This document shows positions 63,631-64,000 of a stretch of DNA of 64,000 nt, piece after piece (position 1 is the first letter of the stretch; each line of letters begins with the position of its first letter). This DNA comes from Perkinsus chesapeaki ATCC PRA-425 (lineage: Eukaryota > Protista > Perkinsozoa). Below the pieces are notes generated by a model. It searched no databases and had not been told where the DNA came from. It was given only the letters and a program-made list of their open reading frames with translations. The stretch is from contig JAAPAO010000017.1 in assembly GCA_013115145.1 (NCBI GenBank), positions 75,440 through 139,439 of the forward strand, given 5' to 3'. Made by a program: the position numbers and the translations under genes.

Positions 63631-64000
63631 ATGAAGTACGTTTGTGCTATATTATCTGTTGCAGCGGTCCTTTTGGGACCACTGATGTTCGGCCTTACAA
63701 CCGGTTTCACTGGTCAGACCATTGATACCATGGCCAACACTGTCACCACTGAAGATGGTACACCTATTCAGATTGGTGATTACGATCACTTGTGGGTCTT
63801 GCATGGTTCGAGCGAGTCTTCCTTGTTCGGTTCCCTTGTCAACATTGGTGCCATGTTCGGAGCAGTTATCGGTGGCCCTCTTATTGATCAGTTCGGGAGG
63901 AAGTGGTGCCTTGTTGGTTGCTCTCCATGCTTCATCCTTCTTTACCTGTGGCAGGCTTTGGCTCATACCTCATGGCAGTTACTTTTCGAGCGTGTTCTCG
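63631..64000 (+). CDS. MFS sugar porter, copy 3, truncated by the window end
   Basis: MKYVCAILSVAAVLLGPLMFGLTTGFTGQTIDTM..SLFGSLVNIGAMFGAVIGGPLIDQFGRKW is open to the edge. More diverged than copies 1 and 2. Confidence 0.92.
   Translation, partial: MKYVCAILSVAAVLLGPLMFGLTTGFTGQTIDTMANTVTTEDGTPIQIGDYDHLWVLHGSSESSLFGSLVNIGAMFGAVIGGPLIDQFGRKWCLVGCSPCFILLYLWQALAHTSWQLLFERVL

Noticed and set aside
1-64000. Spliced-leader RNA or relic, snRNA, rRNA, telomeric repeat, CRISPR array, transposase or reverse-transcriptase ORF
   Set aside because: None recognised by eye on either strand. Weak or highly diverged copies could have been missed.

Overview
Eukaryotic, gene-dense nuclear DNA with many short GT-AG introns. 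The style, including intronless sugar-porter and aspartic-protease paralog families, suggests a Perkinsus-like alveolate; this is an inference. Exons were assembled by hand from motifs and splice signals, so internal boundaries are approximate. Recognisable genes are: DNA topoisomerase I; an ARO7/plant-type chorismate mutase fused to a degenerate prephenate-dehydratase-like plus ACT module; a stand-alone SPX protein; two sphingolipid delta-4 desaturases flanking two F-box-like paralogs; two pepsin-like genes lacking the second catalytic Asp; an EGF-domain membrane protein; a COPI-associated protein; an EF-hand protein; an ankyrin-repeat protein; a HemC with a HemD-like C-terminal extension; an ALDH21-type dehydrogenase with a mitochondrial-like presequence; and three MFS hexose transporters. 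Non-coding features are tRNA-Gly (intronic, antisense), a variant tRNA-Asn, several tRNA relics, a ~97-bp TA-flanked MITE family with 3 copies, a 165-bp dispersed repeat and perfect palindromes. No CRISPR array or autonomous transposon was recognised.
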